A stretch of 28,545 nt of DNA from a virus (Duplodnaviria > Caudoviricetes), in the IMG/VR virus record IMGVR_UViG_3300032312_002677, positions 1 to 28,545 of that record; one strand, 5' to 3'. The notes under the pieces were generated by a model. The model was not told the origin of the DNA and did not search any database. It saw only the letters and a list, made by a program, of their open reading frames with translations. Positions 1 through 8,934 of the stretch are shown one piece after another (the stretch's first letter is position 1; each line of letters begins with the position of its first letter). A program made the translations under genes and the position numbers.

Positions 1-1542
1 AAACCAAGAAGAGGAACGGCACCGCCTACCACTGGCATTGTCGAAAACGAGCTTGTTGTAGATACTACTAACAAAAGAATTTACATTGGCAACTCGGGCG
101 GGTCTGGTAACTTAATAGGATCATCTCCTGGCGGTTCAGACACTTACATTCAATTCAACGACTCTGGAAACTATGGTGGCGACATTGGTCTTACTTACAA
201 CAAGACAACGGACGCCGTTACCATGTTGGGTGATTTGAATCTAAACGGCGGTGGAATAAAAACAAATCAGAGCAGTATATCCATATTCCCATCCACTGCT
301 ACAACCGTAAACCTTGGTTTATCGGCTACCAGTTTAACTTTGGGTGATGCGACTTCTGCGACAACTACTTTGCGCGGAGGAACCTTAGTTGGAAACACCA
401 CAACTCAAAATCTTTTCAATACTGTAGCCACCACTTTGAATGTAGGTGGTGCGGCCACAACATTGACTGTTGGAGGAACCACAGGAACTGCGGCAATAAG
501 GAATCCGGCTCTTACTCTAGGAAATACTACAAGCACTGTTTCAACAAACAGCGGCTCTAGCAACTCCATTACAATCTCTCCTTATGGAAATTTTTTAGTT
601 TCTCCAAACAGCAGCTCTAGTCTAGGCGGTTCTAGAGCCACTCTTACAGTTACTAACTCAGATAACGCGGCAGGTCAAGTCCAGATAGTTGGTGGAGATC
701 TGTATTTAGGTTCTAAAACAGATGCATCATCTATCGAAACGCCTGGTAATATAATTTTCGAAGGCGCAGCAGACGCTAACGAACTCACTCTAACCGTTTC
801 TTCTCTAACCGCTGACAGAACCATAACGCTTCCTGACGGAAATGGAACTCTTGCTATCTTAGGAACCGGATCTACTACAGATGGCAGAATACCTTACTAC
901 GACACTACAACAAATACATTTTTGGGAGCTTCTGCCTTATCGTATAACGATGGCACAGGGGTTTTCACTTTTGATGGATCCGTTACAGTTGGTGGAGCCA
1001 TAGGAACAACCAATAGCACTGTTAATCTGTTGAACACGACTGCTACAACCATAAACCTTGGTGGAGCAGCTACCACGTTCAATATAGGCGGTGCTTCATC
1101 TGCAACGATAAACCTTGGCAAGACAGACGGAACAACTGTAATAGATCTAAACTCTTGCGCTCTTAGAGAAGTCGATCTAAGAAGCTACTTTGAAACCAAA
1201 GGAACCGTTACATACACTGGAGGAATGACTCAAGATCTTTCTTTCGATCTGAGCACAGGAAATGTATTTGTGTACACAACGACTGGAACGGTAACTACAC
1301 TCAGCGTTACGAACATCCCATCCAAGGCAAATACGGCAGTGGGATTCACGATTGTGCTCACATGTGGAAATGCGCTGTATGGAGTCACTTTTGACTCATT
1401 CACTTCTGGAAGTGCGGTCTGGGCAGGTGGAACGCCTCCGACAGCCTCCAGCACCGTGGGGAGGACCGACATTGTTTCATACGTTACATATAACGGTGGA
1501 ACTACTTGGTATGGCATGGTTGGAGGATTGAATTTCTCTTGA
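1..1542 (+). CDS. Tail fibre protein, 5'-truncated by the window edge
   Basis: Frame 1 is open from base 1 (KPRRGTAPPTTGIVENELVVDTTNKRIYIG), resembling the Mtd_N/hyaluronidase-type fibre N-terminus, so ATG223 is internal. T/G/S-rich with three repeats of about N-L-F-N-T-x-ATT-x-N-x-GGAAT. The C-terminal domain DLSTGNVF...WAGGTPPT...DIVSYVTYNGGTTWYG is common in phage tail proteins. Confidence 0.8.
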   Translation, partial: KPRRGTAPPTTGIVENELVVDTTNKRIYIGNSGGSGNLIGSSPGGSDTYIQFNDSGNYGGDIGLTYNKTTDAVTMLGDLNLNGGGIKTNQSSISIFPSTATTVNLGLSATSLTLGDATSATTTLRGGTLVGNTTTQNLFNTVATTLNVGGAATTLTVGGTTGTAAIRNPALTLGNTTSTVSTNSGSSNSITISPYGNFLVSPNSSSSLGGSRATLTVTNSDNAAGQVQIVGGDLYLGSKTDASSIETPGNIIFEGAADANELTLTVSSLTADRTITLPDGNGTLAILGTGSTTDGRIPYYDTTTNTFLGASALSYNDGTGVFTFDGSVTVGGAIGTTNSTVNLLNTTATTINLGGAATTFNIGGASSATINLGKTDGTTVIDLNSCALREVDLRSYFETKGTVTYTGGMTQDLSFDLSTGNVFVYTTTGTVTTLSVTNIPSKANTAVGFTIVLTCGNALYGVTFDSFTSGSAVWAGGTPPTASSTVGRTDIVSYVTYNGGTTWYGMVGGLNFS

Positions 1543-1727
1543 TCCTTGGCGGCCTAACATTGTCGATGACATTTGCCACCAATGCGAACGGCGGTGGTTC
1601 TGTTCCTTCCACAAAATCGACTGTTTATGTGTTTAATATCTTTTGGGATACTGAAATGGTAGTGAATAGATACGACACGACTTCTACTACTACAGAAACT
1701 ACCGCCAAAGGCTGGTTTTTTAGATGA
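1539..1727 (+). CDS. Small hypothetical protein, possible chimeric remnant of tail genes
   Basis: TTG1539 overlaps the upstream TGA (TTGA) and the stop overlaps the next ATG (ATGA). It fills the gap exactly and ends [12 protein letters not shown]1566 is an alternative start. Confidence 0.5.
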   Translation: MILGGLTLSMTFATNANGGGSVPSTKSTVYVFNIFWDTEMVVNRYDTTSTTTETTAKGWFFR

Positions 1728-4700
1728 GAAAAAATAGACATAACAACGGTTATATTGGATTTGATAGGCTAGGAAATAGAAGTACTGGCGCTGTGTCATC
1801 AGGTAAAAAGACGACATATGACTTGGTTAAAACTAGAGAAATTTTGCCTAAAAAAGACGCAAGCAACCAGTGGACAAGACCAAGCAATGGAAATGGTTAT
1901 GGAGCAACAGCTACAGCTTCTTTGACTGCTGGCGTTTTACAAAATGTATTAGTTGATGCGGTTGGATCTGGCTACAGTAGCGATCCAATAGTTACCATAT
2001 CTGGGTCAGGAGGTAGCACTGTTTATGGTACTCCTAGTAGATCCGCAGGTACCATAGTAAGTATACAGCCTTGGCATACTGTTTCGTCTATAACTGTTTC
2101 AAATGGAGGATTGGGATATACTTCAGCTCCAACAGTAACTGTATCAGCCCCCACTGGCGGTACAGCTACGGTCACAGGATCTATTAGCGGAACAACTTTG
2201 ACAGTGACAGCTGTTAGCTCTGGAGTCTTATTCCCTGGTCAAAGGATTACTGGAACTGGAATCAGTGCTGGAACTGAGATAACTAGTTACGGAACTGGAG
2301 TTGGCGGTATAGGAACATATACCGTAAACAATTCTCAAACGGTTTCGTCTGTTACAATATCTGGAACAGCAACCGCTACAGCTACAGCCACGGTGTCTAA
2401 CGGCTCGGTGACTAGTGTGACTGTCACATATTCTGGCGCTAAATACTTAAAAACTTTAATACCAACGGTTTCTTTTTCCGGCGGCGGATCGACTAGATCA
2501 GCGGCGGCGGTTGTTGAATTAACTAGCGGCACAGGTTACACATCAGCTCCATCAGTCAGCATAACTGGAGGTGGAGGCTCTTCTGTTTCAGCTAGAGCAA
2601 TTATTGCGGCCAAACTAGGAACAATAACTGTAACAAATGGTGGAAGTGGATATACATCCTCTCCTACTGTTTTTATTGATGGCATGAGTTTGAACGCAAA
2701 AACAAAAGCTACAGCTAGCATTTCTGGGGGACAGGTAACTAGTATTGCCGTTACTGAAGGTGATGTTAGATTCACAGAAGCTCCAGAGATTTTGATTGGC
2801 GGATGGACTCCATTACCAACAGTTAATTCTGGTGAACAAAAATTAGTTGGGGCTTTTGCAGTTTACAACCATAACGGTAATTACGTTTCAGTAACATGCA
2901 GCGGAAACTACACCGTTAATTGGGGAGATGGAACAACTACTAATCATTTTGCTGGTAATAGAGCTAGTAAGCAGTATACCGGGTCTACTTATTCCGCGCT
3001 GACAACACAAGATGCTTTTTTTGGTTATAAAACAGTAATAATAACAATAACGCCGCAGGCGGGTCAAAATCTCACTTCAATCAACTTAAACCAAAAACAT
3101 CCATATTACGATCCGTTGTCTACTAGTATTACTCCAGGCATTAACTGGCTAGACGTTAAAATTGCTGGAAGTAATGTCTCAACATTGAGATTGGGAAATA
3201 ACGGGAGCACTTTTACTATAGATGTGAGACTACATAATCTTGAGCTTTTTGAATACGTCGGTTCTCATAGTCTCACTAGCTGCTCCGCTCTATTTCACAA
3301 TTTAACTAACTTAAAAAGAATAGCTGCCTTTTCTACTTCTAGCGCCATAACTAATATGGACAGCATGTTCAGGGAATGTGGCGCTCTAATAGACGTTCCA
3401 AGCATGACTACGACAAATGTGACATCAATGAACTCTATGTTCAGAGAATGTAGGGCTTTGCCTTCTGCGCCAAGTCTAGACACTAGTAACGTAACCGACA
3501 CATCTTTCATGTTCTATGGTTGCTCCTCTTTGACATATGTTCCAAATATGAATACATCAAAAGTATCAAATATGAGCTTCATGTTTTCTGATTGCTCGTC
3601 TTTAGAGGTAGTTCCTGCATTAGACACGGGAAATGTTACAAATTTCAGTGGAATGTTTGCCTCCCAATCGACTAGTTATTTCGGGATGACTTGTCCAATC
3701 AAAACAGTCCCATTCCTAAATACCTCTAAAGGCACTGACTTCACTAGCATGTTTAGGAATTGTATTCTTCTAGAAGAAGTTCCTAAATTTGATTTAAAAT
3801 GCGCTACGACGCTATTAAATATGTTTGAAAGATGCCTAGCGCTCAAAGGCGTTCCAGACTTTGGTGATGACACCAAAAGGGTCACCTCATTTGCTGGCAT
3901 GTTCAAAGAATGCTATTCGTTAATTAAAGCTCCAGTAATGAATACTGAAAGTGCTACATCAATGAATTCTATGTTTAATAGATGTGCATCTTTGATAGAA
4001 ATTCCATGGTATAACACTAGTTTAGTTAATGATTTTGCTCAATTCATAGCTGGATGTCCTAATCTTAAATACCTCCCAGCTTTAGATTTTTCTTCAGCTA
4101 TAACAATGACTACATTTATAAGAGATACTACCAGTGATTTTCCAAATAGAATAGACCAAATTCCAAGAATGGACTTAAGAAAAGTGACTAGTTTTAATCA
4201 AGCATTCATGAATGCTGTTAGGCTAAAAGATGTTTCAAAAATCATACTTAGCGGAGCAAATGTTACGGTAACTGCCTATAGCAGTATGTTTAACAATTGC
4301 AGATCCATAACAAGTATTCCTGCGTTTCAATTCAAAACTGGCGGTACAAGTGCATTATCTAGCATGTTCGGTGCAAACGATAGCTTGATGAGCATTTCCG
4401 CAACAGGGATAACTGAAAGCATTACTTTGTCAAATCCTGGTATTATTACAGAGGCGCAGCTGAACACTATATATACAAACCTTCCTACTGTTGTAGGAAA
4501 GACCATAACGGTAACAAACAATATTGGAGCGCCTAGAGCTTCAGTAACTGCGTCTATAGGTGGCACTACCATGACTGTGACTGGTGTGTCATCTGGTAGA
4601 CTAGCAGATTATCAACCAATATCTGGAACAGGCGTTACCGCTGGAACTACAATAACAGGACAATTAACAGCCACAAACACAGGCTCTCAGGTACAAAATA

Positions 4701-5011
4701 CATCAACTGGCAGTGCAAGCGCACAAAATATATTGACAGTTGATGCGGTAGCTGTAGGCTTGAAGGAGACAATGATAGTTTCTGGCACCGGAATAGACCC
4801 TGGCACTTTTGTAACTAAAATTGATGGACTAAATATTACGCTCAGTAAAAATCTTACCGCCACTTCTAGTGGCACATATACATTTAGAATAGTTGGAGGC
4901 ACTGGAACCTATGCTGTGTCGGCTTCACAAACTGTCACTTCAACAACAATAGCAGCTTTGCCTCCCTATGCTAACGTAGCTACGGCAAAAGGTTGGACTG
5001 TAACAGGATAA
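1724..5011 (+). CDS. Large virion/tail-associated adhesin-like protein with DUF285/BspA-like leucine-rich repeats
   Basis: 1095 aa. Contains [10 protein letters not shown]-type Gly/Ser/Thr repeats, a PKD-like YTVNWGDG motif, about 15 repeats of about 24 aa (TSNVTxMxxMFxxCxSLxxVP), and ends [10 protein letters not shown]. Confidence 0.8.
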   Translation: MRKNRHNNGYIGFDRLGNRSTGAVSSGKKTTYDLVKTREILPKKDASNQWTRPSNGNGYGATATASLTAGVLQNVLVDAVGSGYSSDPIVTISGSGGSTVYGTPSRSAGTIVSIQPWHTVSSITVSNGGLGYTSAPTVTVSAPTGGTATVTGSISGTTLTVTAVSSGVLFPGQRITGTGISAGTEITSYGTGVGGIGTYTVNNSQTVSSVTISGTATATATATVSNGSVTSVTVTYSGAKYLKTLIPTVSFSGGGSTRSAAAVVELTSGTGYTSAPSVSITGGGGSSVSARAIIAAKLGTITVTNGGSGYTSSPTVFIDGMSLNAKTKATASISGGQVTSIAVTEGDVRFTEAPEILIGGWTPLPTVNSGEQKLVGAFAVYNHNGNYVSVTCSGNYTVNWGDGTTTNHFAGNRASKQYTGSTYSALTTQDAFFGYKTVIITITPQAGQNLTSINLNQKHPYYDPLSTSITPGINWLDVKIAGSNVSTLRLGNNGSTFTIDVRLHNLELFEYVGSHSLTSCSALFHNLTNLKRIAAFSTSSAITNMDSMFRECGALIDVPSMTTTNVTSMNSMFRECRALPSAPSLDTSNVTDTSFMFYGCSSLTYVPNMNTSKVSNMSFMFSDCSSLEVVPALDTGNVTNFSGMFASQSTSYFGMTCPIKTVPFLNTSKGTDFTSMFRNCILLEEVPKFDLKCATTLLNMFERCLALKGVPDFGDDTKRVTSFAGMFKECYSLIKAPVMNTESATSMNSMFNRCASLIEIPWYNTSLVNDFAQFIAGCPNLKYLPALDFSSAITMTTFIRDTTSDFPNRIDQIPRMDLRKVTSFNQAFMNAVRLKDVSKIILSGANVTVTAYSSMFNNCRSITSIPAFQFKTGGTSALSSMFGANDSLMSISATGITESITLSNPGIITEAQLNTIYTNLPTVVGKTITVTNNIGAPRASVTASIGGTTMTVTGVSSGRLADYQPISGTGVTAGTTITGQLTATNTGSQVQNTSTGSASAQNILTVDAVAVGLKETMIVSGTGIDPGTFVTKIDGLNITLSKNLTATSSGTYTFRIVGGTGTYAVSASQTVTSTTIAALPPYANVATAKGWTVTG
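3266..4395 (+). repeat. Protein-level LRR array (about 15 units of about 24 aa, DUF285-like)
   Basis: Recurrent MFxxCxxLxxVPxxxTxxVT units, diverged at the DNA level. Confidence 0.8.
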
Positions 5012-5014
5012 AAA

Positions 5015-5221
5015 ATGAACACCTCTGGTTTTTACAAAAATGAAAATGGGAAAATTCTATATGGAGAACACTTTGTATATAACAAAGATTATGTTCTAAA
5101 CGTAGATACGAAGGATGATTACAGCTACCCAATAGATGGGTGGTATTACTTCCAAAGCATAGAAGAGGCTTATGGCTTTTGGGATTTAGAGATTGTAGAT
5201 CAAGGAAATAACAATGGCTGA
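5015..5221 (+). CDS. Small aromatic-rich hypothetical protein (tail-gene accessory)
   Basis: 68 aa, SGFYK...YPIDGWYYF, immediately after the LRR gene. Confidence 0.7.
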   Translation: MNTSGFYKNENGKILYGEHFVYNKDYVLNVDTKDDYSYPIDGWYYFQSIEEAYGFWDLEIVDQGNNNG

Positions 5222-5534
5222 AACATATAAAAGTCAGGCTACAAAACTAACGTCCACTAACAATACTCCAATTTATTCTGGAGTTGCCGGTGTTGGAATT
5301 GTGAACAGTATAAATTTGAGCAATGTTGATGCTGCGGCTCCAGTCAACGTCAGCGTTTTTCTAGTAAAGTCTAGCGTTTCTTATAGTATTATTTCTAATA
5401 CTGACATACCGTATGGTACATCATTGCAGATTTTGGATGCGCCTCTAGTATGTGCGTCTGGAGACACGATCACAGCAACAGCATCTATCGCTAACGATCT
5501 TGAATGCATTGTGTCCGTACTTGAAATCACATAA
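5214..5534 (+). CDS. Small beta-rich virion structural protein
   Basis: MAETYKS...INLSNVD...LVCASGDTITATAS...VSVLEIT, a pattern typical of small phage tail/baseplate beta-sandwich proteins. AAGGA SD upstream. Confidence 0.65.
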   Translation: MAETYKSQATKLTSTNNTPIYSGVAGVGIVNSINLSNVDAAAPVNVSVFLVKSSVSYSIISNTDIPYGTSLQILDAPLVCASGDTITATASIANDLECIVSVLEIT

Positions 5535-6025
5535 TGTATAAATCAGGAAGCGATTCAGGTTACGACTTCGATGACCAAAGAAGATTCGAGGTATTGAAGT
5601 CTCTAAAGTTTTCATCTTTACTTGATGTTGGATCGGGTCCATGTCTTCTGAGGAATTGGCTTCAAGCACAAGGCAAAGAATGTGTTTACGAAGCAGTTGA
5701 CATTCGCAAAGAAGCGCTTGATCTGTGCGACTGTACTAGCTACGCATCAATTCCCAAAAACAAATATGACGTTGTTTGTCTATTTGGCACTTGCGGATTA
5801 CGCTCTGAAAGAGATGGGAAAAAAGAACTTTTAGAGCTTCTGCTTAAGAGCAAAAACATATGCAGCAAGTATTTGGTTTTTTCTGTTATACTGAATAGAA
5901 CTAACCCAAGGACAGTTTCGTATTCATCAGAAGAGCTTATTGATCTTATATCTAAACTTGATCTAAGATACAAGACGCTGGTAGATGAAAAGAATTCAGA
6001 GTGCGTTGTCGTTTGTAGTATTTAA
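5534..6025 (+). CDS. Class I SAM-dependent methyltransferase
   Basis: Motif I LLDVGSGP, acidic YEAVDI, and KYDVVC. Confidence 0.8.
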   Translation: MYKSGSDSGYDFDDQRRFEVLKSLKFSSLLDVGSGPCLLRNWLQAQGKECVYEAVDIRKEALDLCDCTSYASIPKNKYDVVCLFGTCGLRSERDGKKELLELLLKSKNICSKYLVFSVILNRTNPRTVSYSSEELIDLISKLDLRYKTLVDEKNSECVVVCSI

Positions 6026-6046
6026 ATCTACGTTAGAGTAACTAAA

Positions 6047-6961
6047 ATGCCAATACGAAATCTAGGATATGCCTGTCAAAATCTTTCAATCAATGATGGT
6101 AAGAAAAACAGCCAAAAAATTCTTACAGACCGCACTTGTCGTCTTGCTAATTTTAGCATTGGGAATGTTAGCGAGTTGATCCTTAAGAACTCTGAGGATC
6201 TAGTGAAGATCATGCGCTGGAACGCTGATAATCAGATCAAGTTCTTTCGGGTCAGCAGCAACATTTTTCCATTCTATGACCATTGCGATCTAGCCTACTC
6301 AATACAAGACCTTTCAAGTGCTTCTGCTGTAAGCGCAAATTTTTCAGAGGCCGGCAAAATCGCTAAGGAAAACGGCGTTCGCCTTTCATGCCACCCAGGT
6401 CCATATACATGCTTGGCGTCTCCTCTGCAAGATATAGCGGACAAAGCTATTAAAACTATTGAGATGCACCATGTCATTGGAAAAATGCTAGATTCCAAGG
6501 ATTTCTGCATCAACTTCCATGTCGGCGGGGTGTATGATAGCAAGGAAGGCGCTGCTGACAGGTTTTGCGAAAACTTCTCAAGACTACCACAAGAAATACA
6601 AGATCAAGTAACAATAGAGAATGACGACAAGGAATCAATGTGGTCTATCACTGACCTTCACGAAAAAATTCATAAAAGATGCGGCGTCAAGCTTGTCTTG
6701 GACATTCATCACCATAAATTTAGAAGTGATGAGTCGCTTGCTGACGCTGCCAAAATTGCTTTCTCGACATGGAAAACCGGCATTCCGAAAGTGCATTACT
6801 CTGAGTCGGCGAAGAAAAAAAGACCACAAGCTCACTCGGATTTTGTGGAAAATTGCATACCTGAGCTGTGCGGGAGCGTATATTACGATGTAATGATCGA
6901 AGCAAAGCAAAAAGACAAAGCCTTGCTAAAGTACAGAGAATCACATGTTCATCAATATTGA
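6047..6961 (+). CDS. uvsE: UV DNA damage endonuclease (UvdE/UvsE)
   Basis: LGYAC, FFRVSS..FP, HPGPY..LAS, HVGG, IENDD, LDIHHH, HYSES, AHSD and DVMIEAKQKDKAL match the family. Confidence 0.95.
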   Translation: MPIRNLGYACQNLSINDGKKNSQKILTDRTCRLANFSIGNVSELILKNSEDLVKIMRWNADNQIKFFRVSSNIFPFYDHCDLAYSIQDLSSASAVSANFSEAGKIAKENGVRLSCHPGPYTCLASPLQDIADKAIKTIEMHHVIGKMLDSKDFCINFHVGGVYDSKEGAADRFCENFSRLPQEIQDQVTIENDDKESMWSITDLHEKIHKRCGVKLVLDIHHHKFRSDESLADAAKIAFSTWKTGIPKVHYSESAKKKRPQAHSDFVENCIPELCGSVYYDVMIEAKQKDKALLKYRESHVHQY

Positions 6962-7154
6962 AATCAAAACATCTTCTGCGGAGACTATTCAGCTAATAGC
7001 AAATGCAACCGCGACAGAACCAGTTCAGCATCAGACGCTAAGCTGTGGATACAATAACGTTAGCGTAGGCTATCAGTGTTCTAAAAACGACTATGCAAAA
7101 ATTAAAAAGCACTGGAAAGATCACATTCCGGATTGCGTCGTCGTAGGTATGTAA
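6945..7154 (+). CDS. Hypothetical protein
   Basis: 69-aa ORF filling the space between uvsE and the tRNA. Confidence 0.55.
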   Translation: MFINIEIKTSSAETIQLIANATATEPVQHQTLSCGYNNVSVGYQCSKNDYAKIKKHWKDHIPDCVVVGM

Positions 7155-7160
7155 AAACAG

Positions 7161-7234
7161 GCTCTCGTAGCTCAGTTGGATAGAGCAACGGATTTCTAAT
7201 CCGTTGGTCGGAGGTTCGAGTCCTCCCGGGAGCG
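7161..7234 (+). tRNA. tRNA-Arg (anticodon TCT), CCA not encoded
   Basis: Acceptor stem GCTCTCG/CGGGAGC, D arm GCTC-AGTTGGATA-GAGC, anticodon arm ACGGA-TTTCTAA-TCCGT, T arm GGAGG-TTCGAGT-CCTCC, discriminator G followed by TTATG. Confidence 0.97.
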
Positions 7235-7236
7235 TT

Positions 7237-7764
7237 ATGGCAAAGCCAAACTTCAAATCCATGTCAGAGGAAGAAGCCAAAAGCTTCATATCTGACCACA
7301 TAAAGAAAAGGTTCACTAAAAACGGACCTATCTTGGGCAAGCTTCCAAAAGACTGCAGAGAGGATGCTCTGAACGAGGTTTATATAGATCTTTGGAACAA
7401 CAGGTTCAATTATGATCCCAGTCTTGCGGATTTTACGACTTACGCATACAACAGGGGCAGAGGCGTGGTTAAGTCCATGCTTCAGTCAATCAACAGGATC
7501 TCAAAAGTAAGAAACAAGATAGTAAATGATAAAAACAAGCCGTTCTTTGAGATTCAGGCTGGTTATGAGAACAAAGAGCTTTTGTCAAAGCTCCTGGCGC
7601 TTCTTACGGAAGAGGAAAGATCGATCATGCAAATGAGGTTTGTTGACTCAATTCATGTCGATGAAATAGCTAAAAGTATGAAGCTTAATCCTCAAAAAGT
7701 CTATGCCATCATAAGAGAAGCGAAAATGAAGTGTATTAAAAGCAAATGGGGCCTAGAATTTTAG
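7237..7764 (+). CDS. RNA polymerase sigma-70 family (ECF-type) sigma factor
   Basis: Region 2 (EDALNEVYIDLWNNRFNYDP...FTTYAY) and region 4 HTH (LTEEERSIMQMRF...DEIAKSMKL...V). The true start is ATG7237; the track start at 7204 lies inside the tRNA. Confidence 0.88.
   Translation: MAKPNFKSMSEEEAKSFISDHIKKRFTKNGPILGKLPKDCREDALNEVYIDLWNNRFNYDPSLADFTTYAYNRGRGVVKSMLQSINRISKVRNKIVNDKNKPFFEIQAGYENKELLSKLLALLTEEERSIMQMRFVDSIHVDEIAKSMKLNPQKVYAIIREAKMKCIKSKWGLEF
7731..7742 (+). promoter_or_regulatory. GTGTATW promoter-like motif
   Basis: GTGTAT + 9 nt + ATG7746, no SD. Confidence 0.5.
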
Positions 7765-8150
7765 CCAGACAACTCTTGAATGAAAACTACAAGCAGATAA
7801 TGTCTGCTTTTAGTTCCATTTATACTCAGCTAGAATTCGGGGAAAATGGCACTAGCCCAAAGCTAAATCAGATAGCCGCTTACTACACTGTTGTCTTCTT
7901 CAAGGCAAAGACAATACCCCCAATAGTAAGTCACATAGACTTGCACATGACAAACAATCCAGATCTTCACTTAGACGAAGAAGATCAAAACTTAGCGGCA
8001 GAAATTCTTGTAGAGAACCATATACATGAGCTTAAAGTGGATGGCTTGATTAATGTAAGAACTTTAGAAAACGGGCTACATGAGATAACCCTAACCGAAA
8101 AAGGCTTGAGCAAATCAAAGGCTTTTAAAAAGGACATCAGACTGTTATGA
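7746..8150 (+). CDS. Hypothetical protein, possible C-terminal winged helix
   Basis: The C-terminus ELKVDGLINV...ITLTEKG resembles a wHTH wing. Confidence 0.7.
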   Translation: MGPRILARQLLNENYKQIMSAFSSIYTQLEFGENGTSPKLNQIAAYYTVVFFKAKTIPPIVSHIDLHMTNNPDLHLDEEDQNLAAEILVENHIHELKVDGLINVRTLENGLHEITLTEKGLSKSKAFKKDIRLL

Positions 8151-8545
8151 GCACATCGATCATGTCTTCGTTCTTCTTCTTGCAGATGGTGGAAAACTTC
8201 CCTGTCTTCAACAAGAGGATGACAAAGCTTCACAAGCATCCTGTTTTTGAGGCAAACAAGGACGATATCATGTCGTCTTTTTCTGTAATCTACACTATAA
8301 TGGAAACCCAGGCTGTCGGTTTTCCGATCTCAGAGGAGCAGTTGGAAACAAGCGCGGCCTTGATCACGGCTTTTTCTTACCTCTTCTGCAATGCGATTCA
8401 CGACCCGTACATAATCACGCAGGTAATGTGGGAGGCTTACACGGAAGGCGACCTTGTCATGTCTTCAGAATACTACAAGAGTCTTCACATTCTGAGTCTT
8501 CACATACTCAAGGCTAACGCTAGTCATGCACAAAAGTCAAAGTAA
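8147..8545 (+). CDS. Hypothetical protein, partly similar to the upstream ORF
   Basis: ATGA overlap; shares N-x-x-x-IMS-x-FS-x-IYT-x-[LM]E with 7746..8150. Start uncertain. Confidence 0.65.
   Translation: MSTSIMSSFFFLQMVENFPVFNKRMTKLHKHPVFEANKDDIMSSFSVIYTIMETQAVGFPISEEQLETSAALITAFSYLFCNAIHDPYIITQVMWEAYTEGDLVMSSEYYKSLHILSLHILKANASHAQKSK
8479..8508 (+). repeat. 15-bp in-frame tandem duplication
   Basis: GAGTCTTCACATTCT followed by GAGTCTTCACATACT, encoding SLHIL-SLHIL. Confidence 0.8.
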
Positions 8546-8918
8546 AGGAAAGGCTGCCGAAGTTCTATTTGAGCTGCTATGCCTAAAAAAGGGATGGCAT
8601 TGTTGCAAGCCTATAGCAGACTTCATGCAATACGACTACATAATAGACCGAGGCAGCGGCTTTGAAAAGATACAGGTCAAGACCGTGTTCTTCGACAAGA
8701 AGAAAAAGACCAATAGGTGCGACTTGAGAAGAAGCACAGCCAAGGGAACTGGAAGAGCAAAATACAAGGATGGCGACTTCGACGCTGTCGCAATAAATGT
8801 GGACTTCAACAGGTGGATAATCATACCTTGGGAAGTCATCAATGAAAACACAGAGATAAGCCTTACAGACCGGAGAATTACGAATGAACCGACGTGGCAT
8901 ATTGGCTTTGAGCCGTAA
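8526..8918 (+). CDS. PD-(D/E)XK endonuclease (PDDEXK_5 / I-Ssp6803I-like)
   Basis: KG.AAE...L.KGW....P......YDYII......KIQVKT, plus Y...DFD near the C-terminus. Confidence 0.8.
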   Translation: MHKSQSKGKAAEVLFELLCLKKGWHCCKPIADFMQYDYIIDRGSGFEKIQVKTVFFDKKKKTNRCDLRRSTAKGTGRAKYKDGDFDAVAINVDFNRWIIIPWEVINENTEISLTDRRITNEPTWHIGFEP

Positions 8919-8934
8919 CAGTTATGAGGAAGCC

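Noticed and set aside
1540-1557. TGA readthrough adding x-S-L-A-A-stop, an ssrA-like degron
   Set aside because: Short enough to arise by chance, and the same bases encode the overlapping small ORF. There is no readthrough evidence.
1-1727. Diversity-generating retroelement target (Mtd-like N-terminus)
   Set aside because: No reverse transcriptase and no TR/VR pair differing at adenines is visible in the window.
7192-7199. Amber suppressor tRNA (CTA in the loop) or recoded stop codons
   Set aside because: The stem register gives anticodon TCT. Conserved genes end at the expected lengths with TAG, TGA or TAA, so the standard code fits.
7038-7340. Minus-strand ORF over the tRNA, and other short antisense or alternate-frame ORFs in the track
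   Set aside because: They are shadows of well-supported plus-strand genes or the tRNA, with no motifs or coupling.
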